Shown piece by piece: positions 9,068 to 18,623 of a DNA stretch of 47,679 nucleotides (position 1 is its first letter; every line of letters starts with the position of its first letter). The stretch lies in NCBI GenBank assembly GCA_045545855.1, contig JAZQBR010000324.1, positions 1 to 47,679 on the forward strand, in the 5' to 3' direction. The position numbers were made by a program, and so were the translations under genes. The notes beneath the pieces are model-generated. The model saw only the letters and a list, made by a program, of their open reading frames with translations. It had not been told where the DNA came from and made no database searches. Source of the stretch: Kiritimatiellia bacterium. Its GTDB lineage: Bacteria; Verrucomicrobiota; Kiritimatiellia; RFP12; UBA1067.

Positions 9068-10460
9068 CCCGCCCCGAAACGCCAGCGCCCCCGCCGGCGC
9101 CCTGCGAGGAGCGCGAGGGACCCTCTTTGCGCGAACGCGCTTTTAGGAATATCCTAAGCGGCGCGCCCTCCAGGCCGAACCTGGCCCTGATGCTCTTTTC
9201 GATGTAGCTGAGATACGCCGGCGTCACAAGCTTCGGATCATTCACGAAAAGCCTTATCGTCTGCGGATTCGTCGCGACCTGAAGCCCATAGTATATTTTG
9301 AGGCGCTTGCCCTTTATCATAGGCGAAAGCGTCTTTTTCGTCGCCTTCGTTATGACATTGTTCAACATGCCGGTAGGTATCCGCTCAGAGGCTGAGGCCG
9401 CAGCCCTGTCGATCGCCTCGACGGTGCGCCGTATGTTGTAGCCCGACTTGTTCGAGCAGTAGACGACCGGCGCGAAGTTTAGAAACGGCATCATCGTCCT
9501 GAGAGCCTCGGTAGCCTTCGTTTCGGTTATGCCCTGCTCTTGGGCGAGGTCCCACTTGTTCATCAGCACCACGCACGCGCGCTTCGCGTCGAGAATCTTG
9601 CCGGCGATGCGCTTGTCCTGCATTGTGGGGCCCAGCGAGGGATCCATAACCAGCAGCACCACGTCGGCCTCCTCTATCGCCTGCTCAGAGCGAAAAAGCG
9701 AGAAATTGTCGACAGACGTCTTGGACATCTTCGTATGCGGCTTCATGCCGGCCGTGTCGACAAGCATATAGCGCCGGGCGTCAGGTCCGCTGCCTATGGT
9801 AAACGGCACTTCCACCGCGTCGCGCGTCGTGCCGGGGATGTCCGAAACTATCACACGCGGCGCCTTCAGAAGGCGGTTCACGTAAGAGCTCTTGCCGGCG
9901 TTCGGGCGCCCGACTATCGCTACCCTGAGCGGACGCCTGGTTTCGCCATCTGCGGCTTCGGCCTGGGGCAGGCGCGAGACAACCTCCGCCACGAGTGCGT
10001 CCACGCCGCGCCCGTGTTCCGCCGAAGTCGGGCAGACCTTGAGACCGAAGCGCTCGAACTCGTGGGCGCGCCAATCGTCTTCAGGCGTGTCGCACTTGTT
10101 TGCCGCTATCATGCAGGCCACCCCAGACTCCCTGACGCGCTTTATCACCTCGGCGTCAAGCGGGGCTATGCCGTCGCGCGCGTCAACGACTATGACGCAC
10201 ACGGCGGAGTCTTCTACAGCGAGCGCCGCCTGCGAGCGCGTCTCCTCGTCGAGCGGATCGCTCGTCAGGCGCCTGTCGAAGGCTATGCCGCCGGTATCGA
10301 CAAGCATGACGCGTCTGTCGCCGAGCGAGACCTCGCGCGTGACGCGGTCTCGCGTGACACCGGGCTGGTCAAAGACTATCGCCACGCGCTTCTTCGCCAG
10401 ACGGTTGAAGAGCGCGCTTTTGCCGGTGTTCGGCCGCCCGACCAGGCTGACGACATTCAT
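9057..10460 (-). CDS. der: Ribosome biogenesis GTPase Der (EngA)
   Basis: Two GTPase domains: GRPNTGKS/DTGG/NKCD and GRPNAGKS/DTAG/NKWD. Confidence 0.97.
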   Translation of the reverse strand: MNVVSLVGRPNTGKSALFNRLAKKRVAIVFDQPGVTRDRVTREVSLGDRRVMLVDTGGIAFDRRLTSDPLDEETRSQAALAVEDSAVCVIVVDARDGIAPLDAEVIKRVRESGVACMIAANKCDTPEDDWRAHEFERFGLKVCPTSAEHGRGVDALVAEVVSRLPQAEAADGETRRPLRVAIVGRPNAGKSSYVNRLLKAPRVIVSDIPGTTRDAVEVPFTIGSGPDARRYMLVDTAGMKPHTKMSKTSVDNFSLFRSEQAIEEADVVLLVMDPSLGPTMQDKRIAGKILDAKRACVVLMNKWDLAQEQGITETKATEALRTMMPFLNFAPVVYCSNKSGYNIRRTVEAIDRAAASASERIPTGMLNNVITKATKKTLSPMIKGKRLKIYYGLQVATNPQTIRLFVNDPKLVTPAYLSYIEKSIRARFGLEGAPLRIFLKARSRKEGPSRSSQGAGGGAGVSGRDMV

Positions 10461-11875
10461 CTTTCTATCGCCTTTCGCGCTTCGGCGAGGCCGGCGAATT
10501 CGCCGCCCGCTATCATCTGCACAATCAGATTGCCTATGGCCGTGCCCTCTATCGGGCCGGCGAAGACTTCAAGCCCCGTCGCCTCGGCAGTGAGCTCGTT
10601 CAGATACTTGTCCTGGCAGCCGCCGCCAACAATGTTTATCGAGGTGTAGCTGCGACCCGTTATCGCCGAAAGGTTTTTTATCGCCGACGCGTAGCAGAAG
10701 GCGAGCGAGCGGTAGACGCACTGCATGAGTTCGCCGACGCTCGCCGGCGGACGCCCCTTCTCGGCCGCCGCCGCAGAGACCTCGCCTATCATCGACGCAG
10801 GATTGAGAAAACGCTGGTCGTTCACATCCACGATAGCGTCATAGGCGTTGCCGCGCGCCATGTCGGAAAGCTCGCCGAAAGAATACTCGTGCCCTTTCTT
10901 GTAGTCGCCAAGCCCGGTGAGCGCCGACGCAGTCACGTCGGTCTCGCGCCCCTCGACATACTTCACGCCGTTCAGCTCGCGGCGTATCGACTGGATCATC
11001 CAAAGGCCCATTATGTTCTTCAAAAATCTGTAGCGGCCCCACGCGCCGCCCTCGTTCGTGAAATTCGCCTCGCGGCTCGCCGCCGTCGTGATTGGCGCGT
11101 CATTCTCGACGCCCAGAAGCGACCAAGTGCCGCTCGACAGATAGACGGCCCTATCATCGCGCGCGGGAACGGCGAGATAGGCGCTGCCGGTGTCGTGCAT
11201 CGCCGGCAGGACGACTTTCATCCCTTTGTACTCGCCGACAGTCGTCCCCGGCATCTCCAGTTTGCCGAAAATACGCTTCGGCAGCCCCAGCCGCCCGATG
11301 AGATCGAAGTCCCAGGTCTTCTTCCCGGCGTCGAGGAGCGACGTCGTCGACGAGTCGGTGTACTCGTGCACGATATTGCCGGTCAGCGCATAGTTCAGAT
11401 ACTCTGGTATCGTCAGAAAATGAGCCGCCTTCTCCAGCTGTTCGGGATGCTCCTTCTTAAGAGCCCAAAGCTGGTATATGGTATTGAAGCTCGTCTTCTG
11501 GATGCCGCAGCGCGCGTAGAGCTCGGCGAACGGCATCACGCTCGCCTCGATCTCGACATCGGCCCCCGCAGTGCGCGCGTCGCGATAAGCCACCGCGTCG
11601 GAACAAAGCCCGCCGTTCTCGTCCAGAAGCACGAAATCGACGCCCCATGTATCAATGCCTATCGAGTCGATGGCGCATTTCGCGGCGGCCGCGTCGATGC
11701 CAGCCTTGACCGACTCTACGAGCTTGGCGATATCCCAGCAATCGTGGCCGTTCTTACGCACCTGGCCGTTGACGAAGCGATATACTTCTTCAAGATGAAT
11801 CTTGCCGTCTCTGACGGTACCGAGAATGTGGCGGCCGGAGCTCGCCCCGATGTCAATGGCTAGGTATGTTTTCAT
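10457..11875 (-). CDS. rhaB: Rhamnulokinase (FGGY family; fuculokinase not excluded)
   Basis: LAIDIGASSGR, SIGIDTWGVDF, YRDART, HDTGSA, SSGTWSLLG, FTNEGG, RFLKNIMGLW. Confidence 0.88.
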   Translation of the reverse strand: MKTYLAIDIGASSGRHILGTVRDGKIHLEEVYRFVNGQVRKNGHDCWDIAKLVESVKAGIDAAAAKCAIDSIGIDTWGVDFVLLDENGGLCSDAVAYRDARTAGADVEIEASVMPFAELYARCGIQKTSFNTIYQLWALKKEHPEQLEKAAHFLTIPEYLNYALTGNIVHEYTDSSTTSLLDAGKKTWDFDLIGRLGLPKRIFGKLEMPGTTVGEYKGMKVVLPAMHDTGSAYLAVPARDDRAVYLSSGTWSLLGVENDAPITTAASREANFTNEGGAWGRYRFLKNIMGLWMIQSIRRELNGVKYVEGRETDVTASALTGLGDYKKGHEYSFGELSDMARGNAYDAIVDVNDQRFLNPASMIGEVSAAAAEKGRPPASVGELMQCVYRSLAFCYASAIKNLSAITGRSYTSINIVGGGCQDKYLNELTAEATGLEVFAGPIEGTAIGNLIVQMIAGGEFAGLAEARKAIER

Positions 11876-11882
11876 GACGCAA

Positions 11883-11894
11883 ATTATAGCATAT
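11883..11894 (-). promoter_or_regulatory. Extended -10 promoter, predicted leaderless rhaB-der transcript
   Basis: ATATGCTATAAT ends 7 nt before the rhaB ATG; no SD in between. Confidence 0.7.
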
Positions 11895-11955
11895 TCCCTT
11901 CTGCCGCGCTAGTGGCAATTGGGTGCGATTTTTTCTTGTACCCAGGGGTTTGACG

Positions 11956-13212
11956 TCAGCCTGCCACCACAGTCTCCGGCGCAAGGGCTTCGGACGGATC
12001 GAACCTGTCCGCCGGCCACGGGTAGGCGCCGAGCTCGACAAGCGCCTCGCCGGCGAGAAAAAGCGAACCGCAGACGAGAACGCGCGCCTCTGGCGACGAG
12101 TCGAGCGAGCGGACGGCTTCGCGGAGCGACGGCATGGCGGCGGCTTCAATGCCGGCGCGTCGCATCTTCGCCGCGAGCGCGTCCGGCGAAAGCGAGCGCG
12201 GGTTGTTTGTGCGCACGGCTATGGCGCGCTCGACACGCGGCTTCAGAATCCTCAAGGTTTCGTCGACATCCTTGTCGCCGCAAAAGCCTGCAATCATGAC
12301 GAAACGGCCGGCGTATTCCCCCGGCGCGTCAAGCGCAGCGGCGAGGGCGCGCGCTGCCGGCGGATTGTGGGCGCCGTCGACTATGAACCGCCCGACCTTG
12401 TGAAAACGGCCCGGCCAATCGACGCGCGAAAAGCCGGCGACAGGCCGCCCGAGCACCTTGAGCGCGGCAACCACCGTCACGGCGTTCTCCAGATTAAACG
12501 AACCGCCGAGCGAGAAATCAGAAGGCACATCCGACTCGTCTGCGACATCAGGGGCATAATAGAACGGCGCGCCCACCTCGGCCGCGCGGGATTTCACGAC
12601 AGCGACGACCTCGGGCAGGTTGCGGCCCAAAACTACCGGAACGCCCGGCTTGACGATACCCGCCTTCTCGGCGGCTATCTTCTCGACCGTATCGCCGAGC
12701 CAGTCGCAGTGGTCCAGACCGATGCGGGTTATCACGGTCAGCGCCGGCGAGCAGATATTAGTCGCGTCAAGGCGCCCGCCAAGGCCCGTCTCCAGAACGG
12801 CATAGTCGGGCCGCATCTCGGCGTACAGCCTGAACGCGACTGCGGTAAGAGCCTCGAAGAACGTTATGCCACCTGTGTCGGGAGCCCCCTTCGCGGACGC
12901 GACCGCTTCCGCGACTGCGGCGGCGTGCCGCTCCAGAAGCGCGTCCGAAGCAGGTTCGCCATCAACGAAGAACCGCTCGTTGAGCCTTACAAGATGGGGC
13001 GAGGTGTAGCGCCCGGCGCGAAGTCCGCCGGCGCGAAGCGCGGCGTCAAGAACAGCCGAGACGGCGCCTTTACCATTGGTGCCGGCGATATGTATCGCCC
13101 TGACCGAGCGCTGGGGGTCGCCTAGCGCGGCGCAGACACGGCTTATGGTTTCAAGGCCCGGCCTCATGCCGAAGCGACGCCGCCCGGCCAGTTCTTCAAG
13201 AAAACTTTTCAT
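11956..13212 (-). CDS. folC: Bifunctional folylpolyglutamate synthase/dihydrofolate synthase
   Basis: IHIAGTNGKG, YTSPHL, TFFEALT, LETGLGGRLDATN, DGAHNP, CGSLFLAGE; ATG 13212 (MKSF) preferred over the track start at 13236. Confidence 0.95.
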   Translation of the reverse strand: MKSFLEELAGRRRFGMRPGLETISRVCAALGDPQRSVRAIHIAGTNGKGAVSAVLDAALRAGGLRAGRYTSPHLVRLNERFFVDGEPASDALLERHAAAVAEAVASAKGAPDTGGITFFEALTAVAFRLYAEMRPDYAVLETGLGGRLDATNICSPALTVITRIGLDHCDWLGDTVEKIAAEKAGIVKPGVPVVLGRNLPEVVAVVKSRAAEVGAPFYYAPDVADESDVPSDFSLGGSFNLENAVTVVAALKVLGRPVAGFSRVDWPGRFHKVGRFIVDGAHNPPAARALAAALDAPGEYAGRFVMIAGFCGDKDVDETLRILKPRVERAIAVRTNNPRSLSPDALAAKMRRAGIEAAAMPSLREAVRSLDSSPEARVLVCGSLFLAGEALVELGAYPWPADRFDPSEALAPETVVAG

Positions 13213-13222
13213 GACCGCCAGG

Positions 13223-14134
13223 CTACCTCCCGGCAAGCACGGCCACGACCGCCGAAGCGGCGTATCCGCACAATATCAGCCACATGACCTTGTCGGACAG
13301 CAGAATGCGCTCCGGGCGGCCGACGTCGGCCCGGCGGTAGAGAAGCACCAGATAGCGGGCGACCCCAAGAGCTACAAAGACGGCGGTCGCCGGCAGAAGA
13401 CGCGTCCTGAAGCGCGCTATGGTGTCGGCCGAAAACGTGTACCAGACGTAGACCGCGACAGTGGCCGCGGCCGAAACGAAGATGAGCGCGTTCAGTACGG
13501 ACGGATGGTAGCGCCGTAGCGCGATGCGCGACTCGCTCGCGACGGACATCTCATGACGACGCTTGCAGAGCGCGAGAAAAAGCGAGAGCGCGAACGCGCA
13601 CGAGAGCAGCCACGGCGAGATTCGCACGTTCGTCGCCGCCGCGCCCGCCACGGCCCTAAGCACAAAACCGGCGGCGATTACCGCTACATCGACATAAGGA
13701 ACGCGTTTGAGAAGACCAGAATAGAAAGACTGCATCACAGTGTATATAAGAAGCACCGCGAAGCCCCACGTTCTGTCCGGGTGGCGAAAGACGAGGTATG
13801 AAGGATACGCCATCGCGCACGCGAAAAGAGCGAGCGCCACGCGCACTGCATCGACTTTGGATATCTGGTTGGAAGCGATCGGGCGCAGACGCTTTACCGG
13901 GTGAAGCCTGTCGGAATCATAATCAGATATGTCGTTCAAGAGGTAGAACGCGCTGGAAAGAAGGCAGAACGAAACCGCCATGGCGGCCACGAGCAGAAAC
14001 GGCCGCCACCCGCGCGCGAGCGCCGCCTGGGTGTCATCGGCCACCGCGAAGAACCACGCTAGAAAGACTATCGCGTTCTTCGTCCACTGGTTTACGCGCA
14101 GCGCGCGCAGCCATACCGCCGCCAGGGAGCGCAT
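13223..14134 (-). CDS. UbiA-family prenyltransferase, decaprenyl-phosphate phosphoribosyltransferase (DPPR synthase) type
   Basis: LRVNQWTKN, YLLNDISD...DRLHPVKRLRPIAS, YS..LKR, GFVLRA, LALCKRRHE; start 14134 via TGATG overlap. Confidence 0.88.
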   Translation of the reverse strand: MRSLAAVWLRALRVNQWTKNAIVFLAWFFAVADDTQAALARGWRPFLLVAAMAVSFCLLSSAFYLLNDISDYDSDRLHPVKRLRPIASNQISKVDAVRVALALFACAMAYPSYLVFRHPDRTWGFAVLLIYTVMQSFYSGLLKRVPYVDVAVIAAGFVLRAVAGAAATNVRISPWLLSCAFALSLFLALCKRRHEMSVASESRIALRRYHPSVLNALIFVSAAATVAVYVWYTFSADTIARFRTRLLPATAVFVALGVARYLVLLYRRADVGRPERILLSDKVMWLILCGYAASAVVAVLAGR

Positions 14135-15255
14135 CACCGGCGCGTCCTCCAGCGGATGATGCCCCAGAGAAGCGAATGGTCGGTATAAAGAGGCGTCGAC
14201 TCGTTTTCGTAGAGCGTCCAATACTTCGACCAGTTTCTATCAACGGCCGGCACCCACCTGATCGGAAACAGCGCGAGAAAACGCGAGCGGGTGACGTCGC
14301 CCGCCTCCTCAGTGTCGACGAACGGCCAAAGCCTGAAGTGCCCCCTGCCCGATGCCCAAAACGGGAAGACCCGCGTCTCGTCATCGTAGAGCTCGACAAG
14401 CTTCCAGCCGAAGCGCGTCACAGTGGCGCTTTCGGCGCCGGCGGAATAGTCGAGGCTGACGACACGTTCGTAGAGCGGCCACACGCTTACGCGGCGGCGG
14501 GCCGGGGTCGACTCGTACTCGATAAAGGGCCAGGGCGCGCGCACCCGCACCGAGTCTGGCGGACGGTCCTGCGGCGAAGCCGCGCCGGCCGGTCCGCGGC
14601 GCGACCACGATCTAGCGTACGAGAAGAACGGCGGCAGGAAGGAGTCTTGGCTCTCCCTCTGCCGGCGGACCTGCCCGTAGACGGGCCAGAACATCCACGA
14701 CCAACCTTCGCCAGCGGTATCGCGGTCTTCGCGGTAGCTCGCCCATGTCGCGACGGGCCACAGCACATACCGGTGGTCGCTTTCGCGCTGGTAATTGACG
14801 CCGTACAGCGGCCAGAAACTCCACGCGCCGTCGGAGCGCCAGCTGAAAAACGGGAAGAGCACACTGTTTGTCACCAGCCACTCGCGTCCGCGCGGCATGC
14901 GGTAGCACATCCAAAGCGGCCACAGCGCGAACTTGAAATCGTACAGCATCGCGATATGGGGGTGGTAGCCGCCTATCGGGAAGAGCCCCGCGTAGGCGGC
15001 GCCGTTGTCGTCCCGTCCGTTGAACCAGACCGGCACAATGGCGAACTGGTAGCCGCCAGGCGACTGGCGGCCCTGCCAATAGACGATGTAGCAGAAACGC
15101 CACCAGTCGTCGTGGCTGGTGAAAACGGGCCAGACGAAATCGGTCGTCGAGTGCTCCTGCGAGACGAGAGGCCTCAAGGCCCAATAGTCCTCGGCGGGCT
15201 TCTGCTGGTAGAACGGCCCGACCTGGAACGCGACAGCTAGAAGACTACTTAACAC
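14134..15255 (-). CDS. Hypothetical exported protein with repeated aromatic (F/L/V)WP / LFP motifs
   Basis: About 12 WP/FP motifs; GTG start at 15255 gives a short hydrophobic N-terminus; fills the gap between two coupled genes. Confidence 0.7.
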   Translation of the reverse strand: MLSSLLAVAFQVGPFYQQKPAEDYWALRPLVSQEHSTTDFVWPVFTSHDDWWRFCYIVYWQGRQSPGGYQFAIVPVWFNGRDDNGAAYAGLFPIGGYHPHIAMLYDFKFALWPLWMCYRMPRGREWLVTNSVLFPFFSWRSDGAWSFWPLYGVNYQRESDHRYVLWPVATWASYREDRDTAGEGWSWMFWPVYGQVRRQRESQDSFLPPFFSYARSWSRRGPAGAASPQDRPPDSVRVRAPWPFIEYESTPARRRVSVWPLYERVVSLDYSAGAESATVTRFGWKLVELYDDETRVFPFWASGRGHFRLWPFVDTEEAGDVTRSRFLALFPIRWVPAVDRNWSKYWTLYENESTPLYTDHSLLWGIIRWRTRR

Positions 15256-18200
15256 TCTTGCGCAGCTCCTCGAACTCGCGCTTCTCAAACTCGGTCAGCT
15301 CGCCCAGGCGGCCCACGACAGAGCGCAGCGTCAGTTTGCCCTTGACGAGCTCGCCGCGCTTGATCTGCACGCGCGCGAGGGAGATGAGCATTCTGACATC
15401 GGCCATCTTGCCGTCTGCGTCTCTAGAGAGGTCGCAAGCCTTCTGGACGCAGGCTTCTGCCTCGTCGAACGACTTGCCGGCGTCCATCAGAGTGGAGCCG
15501 AGCGTCTCCCACACGACATAGATGTTGGGAGCGACCTCGGTGGCGCGGCGGGCGAACTTCTCGGCCTCGTCAAAGTTCTTCTTGCGGCGCAGAAGCTCGG
15601 CGAGGTCGTTCAGCGCCATCGGGCTCGGGTTCTGGCACGCGACGGCGCGCCTCAGGTGGCGCTCGGCGGACGCGAGATCTTCGTTGCGCAAGGCTATCGA
15701 GCCCATGACATAGTTAGCCATCGGGTCGTCGTTGTTCGTGTCGAGCACTTTGGCGGCGCGACGCTCGGCATCCTCCTGGTCGTTGAGCTGTATGTCGAGG
15801 CCGAGAACGATATCGCTCGTCGCGGCGATGTCGGGGCGCAGGCTCGAGGCGACCGAGAATGCGTCGCGGGCGGCCTTCATATTCTCCTCGCCGCCCTTTC
15901 TAAGAAGCATGTAGGCCTTGATTGTATAGACGCGGTAGTCCTGCTCGCCGGCGGTCTGGCGCTCCATCGCGGGTATGATCTCGCTCTCGAGCTCCGCCTC
16001 GAGCGCGGCCTTCATGTTCGCCTTGTCAGCGCCCTCGGCGACACCGGCGAGCGCGTCAAGCTGGCGAAAGACGACAGAGGCGAGGAGCGTCCACGCCGCC
16101 ACGTTCGACGAGTCGCCGTCTGTCACCTTGCGCAAGAGCGCCTTGGCGCCGATGAAATCGTCCTTGAGAATCTTGAGCGTCGCCGCGTTCATGAGGTCGG
16201 CGGGCTCTGTGCCGCCCAGGGCGACGGCCTTTTCGAGATACTCGATTGCCTTGGCGTTGTTGCCTTCAAGCATCTCGAGCCGGGCGAGACCCGAGAGAGC
16301 CTCGCGATTGGTGGCGTCTCTCGTGAGCGCGCTGTCGTAGATGGCCCTCGCCTTGAGCTTGTCTTCGGCGCTGCCCTGAGCGTAGAGAGCGGCCATGACG
16401 CGCAGCTCGACCGAGGCGCGGTCTTCTGCGGCGACAAACTCAAGCGCGCGGCGCAGCTGGTTCATGCCTTCGCCGGGGCGCGCCGACTTGAGAAAGAGCG
16501 AAAGACCGCGCTTGAAAATGAGCTCCGGGTTGCACACATAGCCGTACAACAGGCTCAAGTCACCCATTGTATAGCGGCGGTTCTCGTCCTCGCTCATCGC
16601 CTTAAGCGCGGCCGTCAGCTGCTTGACCTTGGCGAGTGCCTTTTGAGTGCCGCCGTTGGCGAGCTCCGCCTCGTTGACGAGAGCGACAACATTGTCGGGG
16701 TCGATCTCGCCGAGCACGAGCTCGTACATCTCAAAGGCCTTGTTGTAGAACTCCTTGGCTTCGGCGGTCTTGCCTTCGCCCTGCAGTTTGCGTCCGCGCT
16801 CCTGAAAGGCGTAGCCGCAGTTGGTGGCGACGAAGCCTACGTGGCGCCTGAGGTCGAGACGCATGCGCTCGACGGCGTCCAGCCCGGCGTCGCCCTTGCC
16901 CGGCGGCAGCTGGAGGCTGTAGCTGCCCCATCCCTTAGGCGCGTGGAGAATGGCCGAGAGCTCTTTCCAGCGCGACCAGTCGCCCTTGCGGGAGGGGTCG
17001 GCGCCGTAGAAGAGAAGCTCCGGCACGGGCTCTGCGTTGGAATAGAACCAGAGATCGGGCGCGCCGAAGACCACCGCTTTGGAGGCGATGCCGGGATCGG
17101 TCGAGAACCACTTCTGTATGAATGGCACGAGCCTCATGCGGTGCAATCCCCTGTGGCGGCGGAGTATGTCGACGAGGACGTCCGTCTCATCGCCGCATAT
17201 TTTACCGGCGGCGACAGCGTCGGCAAGCGCGTCGATGTAAGGCGTGTCGTTCTCGCGCACGAGGCTTATGACATGAAGTTTTTTGCCGGCGCGGCGCGCG
17301 GCGAGCAGCAAGTGGTCGTCAAGCACGCCATCGGTGACTATCCACGAACGTTCGCCCATATCGGCTACAATCATGTCGGCGACGGCATCGGCGAAGGCTC
17401 CGCTTTCCGCGTCCACCGCGGCAAAGCGATTGATAAGAGCCGAGACGGCAAGCACCACCGCGAAGACACTGCCGGCGACAATGCCCACCCTGCGGGACTT
17501 CGCGGCCATCGCCTTGGCGGCGGCGGACGTATCAATCGACTCGTTTACGACTACCGCCGCGCGCGTCTGGCCCCACCAGTACGCCATCAGATAGCCGGCT
17601 GTCGCCGCCGCAAACGCGGTCGTGAGAACAGGCGGCACACCCGTCGGCAGCAAAACCGCCGAAGGCGACAGCGCCGTCGCAACGGCGAGTATCGACACCA
17701 CGGTAAAGAGCGTGTGGAAAGTCCAATTCACAAGATTGCGCTCAGAACCGAACGCCTTGGCGCTGGAGAACAGCGAGATGACAAAAGGCGCTATCGCGAA
17801 AAGCACGACGAGGTAAGAGCCCGGTGTGTAGTTCCAGCGGCGGAATATCAGCTTCTGGGCGGCCCAGTATTCGCCGAAATCGCCGACCGCGCGCACGGAC
17901 CACGCGAATACCGCGATAAAAAAGAAGAGAAGAAAGAGCGCGGCCGCGCCGTAACCCTTGCCGCCGCGGAGTTTGCCGACGGCCCATACGAAACCGACAT
18001 AAAGCGGCAGCAGCGCTATAAAGACCACGGTATCGGCGACTCCCATGCCGGCCATGACACCCATTGCGCAAGGCGCCAGCCACGCAGTCTTTCTCGGCAG
18101 GCGCGCGAACGGCATCACGATAGCGAGCGAAACGAGCGCCCACGCGGCGTCGAAGAGCGACGGCTCCAGATGGGTGGACGAAACAATGACCGCCGGAGCG

Positions 18201-18580
18201 AAGAGAAACACGAACGCCGCGACGGCGCCGCCTATGCGGCTCGTCGCGTAGGCGTCGCTCTTCGTGTATTCGCCGCCGATGCGCCCGTACAGGAAAAACG
18301 CCACGAGATGGTAGAGCGTAACAGCCGCCACTGCGCCAAACAGAGCCGCGAGCACGTTGGAGCACCCGAACGGCTTGACGAAGAGCGCCATAAGCGGATA
18401 CTCCCCGAACGCCAGAGTGCTGGCCCCGAGCCAGCCGCTCACAAGCCTAGCCGAACGGCCCGGATAGACGTAGCCGGCTACGGCCGGCAAAAACGACACC
18501 GCCGCGAGAAGCGCAATTCCCGCCGCAATCGCCCAGTCGAGCGGACGCGACAGCGTTGACTTGAACCTTGACTTTGCCAT
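15245..18580 (-). CDS. Polytopic membrane protein with a DUF2723/TMEM260-like N-terminal region and C-terminal TPR repeats
   Basis: About 10 hydrophobic segments in the first ~390 aa; VYPGRSA...EYPL and WIVTDGVLDD resemble DUF2723 motifs; many TPR-like helices (ALNDLAELL, VWETLGSTL). Confidence 0.7.
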   Translation of the reverse strand: MAKSRFKSTLSRPLDWAIAAGIALLAAVSFLPAVAGYVYPGRSARLVSGWLGASTLAFGEYPLMALFVKPFGCSNVLAALFGAVAAVTLYHLVAFFLYGRIGGEYTKSDAYATSRIGGAVAAFVFLFAPAVIVSSTHLEPSLFDAAWALVSLAIVMPFARLPRKTAWLAPCAMGVMAGMGVADTVVFIALLPLYVGFVWAVGKLRGGKGYGAAALFLLFFFIAVFAWSVRAVGDFGEYWAAQKLIFRRWNYTPGSYLVVLFAIAPFVISLFSSAKAFGSERNLVNWTFHTLFTVVSILAVATALSPSAVLLPTGVPPVLTTAFAAATAGYLMAYWWGQTRAAVVVNESIDTSAAAKAMAAKSRRVGIVAGSVFAVVLAVSALINRFAAVDAESGAFADAVADMIVADMGERSWIVTDGVLDDHLLLAARRAGKKLHVISLVRENDTPYIDALADAVAAGKICGDETDVLVDILRRHRGLHRMRLVPFIQKWFSTDPGIASKAVVFGAPDLWFYSNAEPVPELLFYGADPSRKGDWSRWKELSAILHAPKGWGSYSLQLPPGKGDAGLDAVERMRLDLRRHVGFVATNCGYAFQERGRKLQGEGKTAEAKEFYNKAFEMYELVLGEIDPDNVVALVNEAELANGGTQKALAKVKQLTAALKAMSEDENRRYTMGDLSLLYGYVCNPELIFKRGLSLFLKSARPGEGMNQLRRALEFVAAEDRASVELRVMAALYAQGSAEDKLKARAIYDSALTRDATNREALSGLARLEMLEGNNAKAIEYLEKAVALGGTEPADLMNAATLKILKDDFIGAKALLRKVTDGDSSNVAAWTLLASVVFRQLDALAGVAEGADKANMKAALEAELESEIIPAMERQTAGEQDYRVYTIKAYMLLRKGGEENMKAARDAFSVASSLRPDIAATSDIVLGLDIQLNDQEDAERRAAKVLDTNNDDPMANYVMGSIALRNEDLASAERHLRRAVACQNPSPMALNDLAELLRRKKNFDEAEKFARRATEVAPNIYVVWETLGSTLMDAGKSFDEAEACVQKACDLSRDADGKMADVRMLISLARVQIKRGELVKGKLTLRSVVGRLGELTEFEKREFEELRKSVK

Positions 18581-18623
18581 GGTGATTATCTCCCGTCATG
18601 AGCCGCCACCGGCGGCGAAGTTG

